From positions 1 through 50,576 of the IMG/VR virus record IMGVR_UViG_3300037424_002766: DNA of 50,576 nt; one strand, written 5' to 3'. The translations under genes were made by a program, and so were the position numbers. Below are positions 45,253-50,576 of the stretch, one piece after another. The notes under the pieces were generated by a model, which was not told where the DNA came from, did no database searches, and worked only from the letters and a program-made list of their open reading frames with translations. Position 1 is the first letter of the stretch; every line of letters starts with the position of its first letter. Origin of the DNA: a virus (taxonomy: Duplodnaviria; Caudoviricetes).

Positions 45253-46773
45253 ATGAATAACCAGTCTAAAAAACTTCAGGATTTAAGAGAGAGCAACAAT
45301 GCCGTATTCCAGGAAATATTTGGATTTGGCAAGAAAGAGTCGAAGGTTGGTGATAGAGGTAACTTGAACATCAGTGGCTTGATGTATGAAGATGACGTTG
45401 TAAAAATAAATCCTGATTGGTCCGTAGAATTTAAGGCTACTGGTAGTGTTGTTGGAAAACCACTCCCAGGATATGCTGCGTTCACAAATCAAGATTGGAG
45501 TAGTGAAGGACTAAAGTGGCTTGTAAATTCTGATTTTGTTGCTGAGAGCATGCAGATTAAGAATGGGAAAGTTGATAGATTTATTGGTGGAAAATGGTAT
45601 GCTGGAACTTTTAAGGGAAGAGCGTTTATTAAGGGCCAATTTGGAGTTAAAAATGGAAACAAAGCATATTTTAGTGGTGGAAAATTCATAGATAGCACAT
45701 GGCTTCCAAGTCCCCACTATTTCCTTGATGGAACAACGAATGAATCTGAAACAATTCTTGGATTCAGAAATATACAAACTATGAATCAAAACAGGTTCAA
45801 GTTTAATATCATTGCCGTAGTTACAGGTAGAAGAATAATTATGGAGATGGAGGATGGAGTGATACATGAAGTTGCTGTTATTAAGAGATTGGATGAGTCA
45901 AATTCGAGCTTTAATTATAGAGTTAAGAATGGTCATAGTGGAGAAGTTTTCACACTTCCGTTAAGGTGGTCAGCAATCAGAGGAAATAACGAGGGTGAGT
46001 TTATACAACTCACAACACTTAGTAATGATAGGGTTCCAGCTTTATTTACAAATACATTCGGACTTCAATTTAACTCTCCTATAGCAAGAGTTATGATTAC
46101 TGATGATACTGAGTATGGTCAGAAGAATGTTGAGAAAAAAGGTGAAGCTCCAGAGGAAACTCCTGCTGATTTATCTAAAAAACAAGTAAGTTTTGAACTT
46201 TCTAACATACCTTTCCTTGGAATTGATAAAATACCAAGAAGGGGTGGCTCAGAAACAAGTTTATATTTCAATTTTCCAACTCCTAATATTAAAAACGAAT
46301 ACAATAACATTATTGGTTTATTAAAGCAAGGGTGGGTTAGTGCGTATGTAAAACAACTTAAGTCAGCACTTGATAATGGAATTATTAAGGGCGCTCCAAT
46401 TAATTATAATTTCCTTGGAGCTCTAATTGGTAAGGATTCTGGTGCAGATGTCAAAACTCTTGATAAAGACACAATCAATGCTCTTAATGGCATCGAAAGT
46501 TTTTTAAAGAGCTTTGTTGATATAATGGTTAGAAGAGTTAGAAAAACTGGTGCCGAGAAAGGCGTTTATGATATTGAAGATACCATTGGAAAACAGATGA
46601 TTAAAGATAAGCTTAGGGCTATTCTTGGCGTTGAAGGTAATACTCAAGAGCCTGCTCAAAAATCTGCTCAAAAACCAGGTTCTGCACCATTTCCTAAAGC
46701 TAAAATAGCTGAATCTACGGGAGTTAGAAATATGGTCCAAGATATTTTATCAAAAAATTTGAAACATATTTAA
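45253..46773 (+). CDS. Hypothetical late protein with short (F/W)xxGx repeats
   Basis: Late motif 45228-45234; FIGGKWYAGTFKGRAFIKGQF..FSGGKFIDSTW. Confidence 0.7.
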   Translation: MNNQSKKLQDLRESNNAVFQEIFGFGKKESKVGDRGNLNISGLMYEDDVVKINPDWSVEFKATGSVVGKPLPGYAAFTNQDWSSEGLKWLVNSDFVAESMQIKNGKVDRFIGGKWYAGTFKGRAFIKGQFGVKNGNKAYFSGGKFIDSTWLPSPHYFLDGTTNESETILGFRNIQTMNQNRFKFNIIAVVTGRRIIMEMEDGVIHEVAVIKRLDESNSSFNYRVKNGHSGEVFTLPLRWSAIRGNNEGEFIQLTTLSNDRVPALFTNTFGLQFNSPIARVMITDDTEYGQKNVEKKGEAPEETPADLSKKQVSFELSNIPFLGIDKIPRRGGSETSLYFNFPTPNIKNEYNNIIGLLKQGWVSAYVKQLKSALDNGIIKGAPINYNFLGALIGKDSGADVKTLDKDTINALNGIESFLKSFVDIMVRRVRKTGAEKGVYDIEDTIGKQMIKDKLRAILGVEGNTQEPAQKSAQKPGSAPFPKAKIAESTGVRNMVQDILSKNLKHI

Positions 46774-46814
46774 TTTTATTGCGTATAATAAGATAGAACC
46801 AATAATTAAATATT

Positions 46815-47291
46815 ATGACTATCATCAAAAAAATACTTTCATTACTGTACATGTGGTACTGGATGATTCCAATTAGACTTGGAGCCCTTGCTTTTATTGT
46901 ATACTTCGTCTTGATGTATGTTATTTATGGAAGTCTTCAACCAACTGAGATTAAAGGTTTTCTTGAGTCTAATGGTTTGAATATGTTCACTGGATTTTTT
47001 CTTCCTTTTGGAATTCCAACATTCTTGTCTTTAGGGGCTATGTTCGGAATGGCAGGTCCAGCTAATGCACCAAGCCCAACAGCACTTGAAAAGGCAATTC
47101 AATACAGAAACGGTCAGATGTCTGTTTCCAGCGATAAAAAAGCTGCTGAAATTTTCGAAAAGACAGCTCACTTGGATGTAATGCAAGCTAACATTAATGT
47201 TCCAATTATGAGTTCTGCAGTTAGAGGTTTCGATGCAAAATATGGAGCCTCAAGTCCAACGAAAGTTTATAACGACATAATGAACAAATAA
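46815..47291 (+). CDS. Membrane protein
   Basis: Two to three hydrophobic N-terminal segments. Confidence 0.7.
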   Translation: MTIIKKILSLLYMWYWMIPIRLGALAFIVYFVLMYVIYGSLQPTEIKGFLESNGLNMFTGFFLPFGIPTFLSLGAMFGMAGPANAPSPTALEKAIQYRNGQMSVSSDKKAAEIFEKTAHLDVMQANINVPIMSSAVRGFDAKYGASSPTKVYNDIMNK

Positions 47292-47297
47292 TTAAAG

Positions 47298-47329
47298 AAA
47301 GCCATTCTAAATTTAGAATGGCTTTTTTT
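47298..47329 (+). terminator. Intrinsic terminator
   Basis: AAAGCCATTCTAA-AT-TTAGAATGGCTTTTTTT. Confidence 0.75.
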
Positions 47330-47361
47330 CTTTATATTACCACATCAATTTTATTATATTG

Positions 47362-47386
47362 AACCAGGCGATAGCTTGGTTTTTTT
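47362..47386 (+). terminator. Second terminator-like hairpin
   Basis: AACCAGGC-GATA-GCTTGGTT followed by a T run. Confidence 0.55.
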
Positions 47387-47416
47387 GTTTTCGTCTATTT
47401 ATAGAAAAATTGAATT

Positions 47417-50400
47417 GTGGCAGAAAATTTTGATGATAACATTAAAAAGGCAAAAGCCTACCAAGATGCACTGGAAGCTGTAAACAAAAGAATTAGTGCT
47501 CAAGAGAATGCAGTCAAAGGTTTGGCTGATATTACTGGCGTTGCATTTGCTGGTTTCATACAACAAATAGAGAAGTCAAATGAGCAGAGAAGGGCTGAGG
47601 TTAAGTTAATTAATGATGCCAAGAAATCAATTCAAGAACAATCAAAAGAAATAGGAAATTTAGTTGACAAGACTTATGGTATTAGTGATGCTTTAAAGAA
47701 ATCTGTTGACCAAACATCCATCTTCAAAAAAACCATCAAAGACCTTCGTTTTGATGGTGTTGCTAAAGATTTGAATAGCATTGCTGATGTAGAGGATAAG
47801 ATGAACAAGTTGATTACCGAACACGGAAAAGATGTGGCTGACCAGCTTGACGATTTCAAAGAACTTAAGAAACTTAAGGAAGAATATAATAAGAACGAAA
47901 AAGATGCAATGAAGCTCACCAAGGATAACTTGGATGATTTCTTGGATAAGAATACAGATTTAGTTGAGTTACTTGGTGAATTGCCAATTAACTTAAATGA
48001 TGCATCAGAGGTTCAAAAAGCGCTTAATGACCTATTAGCTGGAGAGAAGCAGATGGTTGATTCTATTATAACATCTGAAATAAAGAACATAGACCTAAAA
48101 GAGCAATTACTTAGTCTTGATGACAGAAGAATAGAATCACAGACAAACTTGAATAAATTGGTTCAAGAGCAGTCTAATCAGATGACAAATCAGATTTCAA
48201 TCTCCAAGACTCTTTGGAGCATGGTTGAAAAGAACTCTGGAAATGCCTTGAAGTCTATTTGGGATGGAATGAACAAAAATAATCAAGCGTTCAAGGATGC
48301 TCAGAAAAACTTTGGACTTATGTTCGAAGGTAAGTACGACCAGATGGCCGCTCTTACAAGTAAGGCTGCTGAATTTAACATGTCAGTGGGTGATACTATG
48401 GAGATGATGGGTCAACTTGGAGATGAGCTTGCAACAACTGATACACAATATCTTGCATCTGCTACCGAACACTTTGTGGCAATACAAAAGGCAACTGGTA
48501 TTTCTTCTGGAGAAATAACAACAATTGCTGGGGAGATGATGCGTGCTGGAAAATCCGCAGAAGATGTAGAAACATTCATGGAAGGCTCAAACAAGATGGC
48601 TAAACTATTTGGAGTAAATTCTAAGAAGATTCTTCAAGGGGTTGCCAGAAACATCGACAACATGCGTCAGATGGGATTTGTTGGAGGCGAAGAGTCGTTG
48701 ACAAGAATGGTTGCGACTGCTGAGAGACTTAAAATGAATGTTGATGAAATATTCGATGTCGCCAAGAGAGCGAGAACAATTGAGGGAGCAATGGACATGG
48801 CCTCTGAACTTCAGCTTGCAGGTGGTTCATTTGCGGCAATTAATCCAATGGACTTATTGTCTGCAGCTCGTAAGGGCCCAGAAGAGCTGCAAAAGATATT
48901 GACTCAGATGGGTGGCGATATTGGTACATGGAATAAAGAAACGGGAGAGTTTCAATTTGACCCAGTAGATGTTGACCGTCTTCAGATTGTTGCCGATGCG
49001 ACTGGACAATCTTTGGATTCGATTCAGAAGATGATTCAAAGTAATGCAGAGGATGCGAGAAAGAATGAGTTTATGCCAGACCTACAGCTTGGAGAAGTTA
49101 TGGGGCCAGATGGCAAACCTCTTGACCAAGATATGATGAACAACATGCTTAAGGATAGTGTTGATGTTAATGGAAATATTATCGAAGGAAGTATGCTTGA
49201 TAAGGCTGGTATTAAAGATATTAAAGACCTTACTGCTGAACAGGCTCAAGGAATTATTCAAGATGATATGAATAAGCAAGCGAGTCTTGAGGAGCAGGCT
49301 AAGCAGAATCAGTCATTCCAAGATAGTATAACAGCGTTTAAAGATGCTGTTATGAACTTGTTTGTAGTGTTCCAACCAGTTCTTGATGTTCTTACATCAT
49401 TTATTCAGACATTAAATGGTATGCCAGGTCCAGTGAAGGCACTTGTAGCTGGTCTTATTGCTTTTGTTGCGATAGCTCCTAAGTTGGGAATGGCAATGCA
49501 GGGTCTCAAAGGGTTTGGGAGTATGCTTGGAAAAGCAAAGGGTTTATTAGGAATGGGGAAAAAAGGTGCTGATATAGCTACAAATAGCGCAACAGTTCCA
49601 GGGGCAAATTCATCAGACCCAACATCTAAAGCAAAAGGTCAAGGAGGTGGCTTGAAAGGGCTGGCTCAAGGGTTGAAAGCTATGGGTGGAAAAGGTGTTA
49701 TTAAAGGAATTGCTAATACAGCCCTTGCTGGACCAGCCCTTGCTCTATTGTTGTTAGGAATGCCAACAGTTCTTCTTATGGCTGCTGTTGGTGCGCTGGC
49801 CCCTCTTGTAATAGCTGGTTTTAACGCTCTTGCTCAAGGTATTTCAGCGATGGGGAATGCTAAAGGTCTTATTAAAGGGGCTATTGCAATGGTCCTAATT
49901 GGAGCATCGCTTATACCATTTGCTTTTGCGCTTTCATTAATGACAGAAGTTAATTGGGAAGGTGTTCTTGCTGGATTGGTTATGTTACTTGCTGCGGTGG
50001 GTATTGTGGCTCTTCTTGGGATTATTATGACATCTGGAGTTGGAGCGGTTGCTATATTGCTTGGGGCTGCTGCTATGCTTATAATTTCAGCGGCATTCCT
50101 TGTATTTGCAATTGCACTCCAACAATTGGTCCCAGCTGCGGAAGGTTTATCTCAGGTCGGATTTGGTTGGATGATTGACCTTGGTCTTGCCATGGCTCTA
50201 TCAGGTCCTCTTTTACTTCTTGGTGGTATAATGCTTGGAATGGCGGCTCCATTTATATTGATTGGAGCAATGGCTCTTTGGCCTATTGCGGATGTAGCTG
50301 AAAGGCTTGGTTCAGTTGATTGGGATAGTTTTAAACAGATGGGCCCAGCTCTTATGAGTGTGTTACCAGCTCTTATGGCCTTCTCTGCTGGGGCTCTTGT

Positions 50401-50576
50401 TGGAGGGCTTATGAGTGGAATTGGAAGTCTTCTTGGTGGAGGTGGTCCTCTTGATACCCTTGAGACACTTGCAGGAATTGCGATAGAAGCAGCAGACCCA
50501 CTTATGATAATGGCAGATGCTATTGATGGTCTTGCTGATGGTATTGATAAACTTACTTCTGCGGCTGCCAATATGG
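47417..50576 (+). CDS. Tape measure protein, 5' partial (>1050 aa)
   Basis: Missed by the track because there is no stop in the window. GTG start 14 nt after late motif 47396-47402; MAENFDDNIKKAKAYQDAL..., helical, TIEGAMDMASELQLAGG, then long Ala/Gly/Leu amphipathic repeats; downstream of the chaperone genes. Confidence 0.88.
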   Translation, partial: MAENFDDNIKKAKAYQDALEAVNKRISAQENAVKGLADITGVAFAGFIQQIEKSNEQRRAEVKLINDAKKSIQEQSKEIGNLVDKTYGISDALKKSVDQTSIFKKTIKDLRFDGVAKDLNSIADVEDKMNKLITEHGKDVADQLDDFKELKKLKEEYNKNEKDAMKLTKDNLDDFLDKNTDLVELLGELPINLNDASEVQKALNDLLAGEKQMVDSIITSEIKNIDLKEQLLSLDDRRIESQTNLNKLVQEQSNQMTNQISISKTLWSMVEKNSGNALKSIWDGMNKNNQAFKDAQKNFGLMFEGKYDQMAALTSKAAEFNMSVGDTMEMMGQLGDELATTDTQYLASATEHFVAIQKATGISSGEITTIAGEMMRAGKSAEDVETFMEGSNKMAKLFGVNSKKILQGVARNIDNMRQMGFVGGEESLTRMVATAERLKMNVDEIFDVAKRARTIEGAMDMASELQLAGGSFAAINPMDLLSAARKGPEELQKILTQMGGDIGTWNKETGEFQFDPVDVDRLQIVADATGQSLDSIQKMIQSNAEDARKNEFMPDLQLGEVMGPDGKPLDQDMMNNMLKDSVDVNGNIIEGSMLDKAGIKDIKDLTAEQAQGIIQDDMNKQASLEEQAKQNQSFQDSITAFKDAVMNLFVVFQPVLDVLTSFIQTLNGMPGPVKALVAGLIAFVAIAPKLGMAMQGLKGFGSMLGKAKGLLGMGKKGADIATNSATVPGANSSDPTSKAKGQGGGLKGLAQGLKAMGGKGVIKGIANTALAGPALALLLLGMPTVLLMAAVGALAPLVIAGFNALAQGISAMGNAKGLIKGAIAMVLIGASLIPFAFALSLMTEVNWEGVLAGLVMLLAAVGIVALLGIIMTSGVGAVAILLGAAAMLIISAAFLVFAIALQQLVPAAEGLSQVGFGWMIDLGLAMALSGPLLLLGGIMLGMAAPFILIGAMALWPIADVAERLGSVDWDSFKQMGPALMSVLPALMAFSAGALVGGLMSGIGSLLGGGGPLDTLETLAGIAIEAADPLMIMADAIDGLADGIDKLTSAAANM

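Noticed and set aside
46781-46789. CGTATAA as a third promoter class (also at 18840-18851)
   Set aside because: Only two instances in AT-rich DNA; insufficient.
1-50576. Stop-codon reassignment as in some large Bacteroidota phages
   Set aside because: Core genes are full-length in code 11, and TAG, TGA and TAA all end genes at sensible positions.
1-50576. CRISPR array, tRNA or rRNA genes
   Set aside because: No repeat-spacer periodicity or cloverleaf seen by eye in the short intergenic gaps; tRNAscan was not run.

Overview
This is a 50.6 kb AT-rich segment of a large T4-superfamily-like myophage genome in the standard code. It holds most of the morphogenesis module: prohead protease, scaffold, major capsid, neck gp13/gp14/gp15-like genes, sheath, tube, terminase large subunit, portal, two gp26-like genes and the 5' part of the tape measure. 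Interspersed are four glycosyltransferases, thioredoxin, PhoH, a vWA protein, HD and HAD hydrolases, patatin, an exonuclease-fused DnaE, RNase HI and nucleases. The host is very probably Bacteroidota: TTTG-N19-21-TAnnTTTG promoters, almost no Shine-Dalgarno sites, and the exo-DnaE fusion. A strand-oriented TATTTAT motif precedes about 23 genes (putative late promoter). Four observations stand out. (1) Three small genes are fragments of the phage's own virion proteins: a neck gp13 + portal-clip chimera, a stand-alone sheath C-terminal domain, and a capsid Gol-region peptide; two are translationally coupled to glycosyltransferases. (2) A promoter-driven, highly structured ~320-nt non-coding element with G-tracts resembles an RNA-primed origin. 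(3) A hydrophobic-[ST]-[GA]-x-T motif recurs in virion surface proteins and may be a glycosylation sequon. (4) A tail-chaperone G/GT-like pair appears to be made by duplication rather than frameshifting. All family calls come from motif recognition and by-eye alignment; no searches or folding programs were run.
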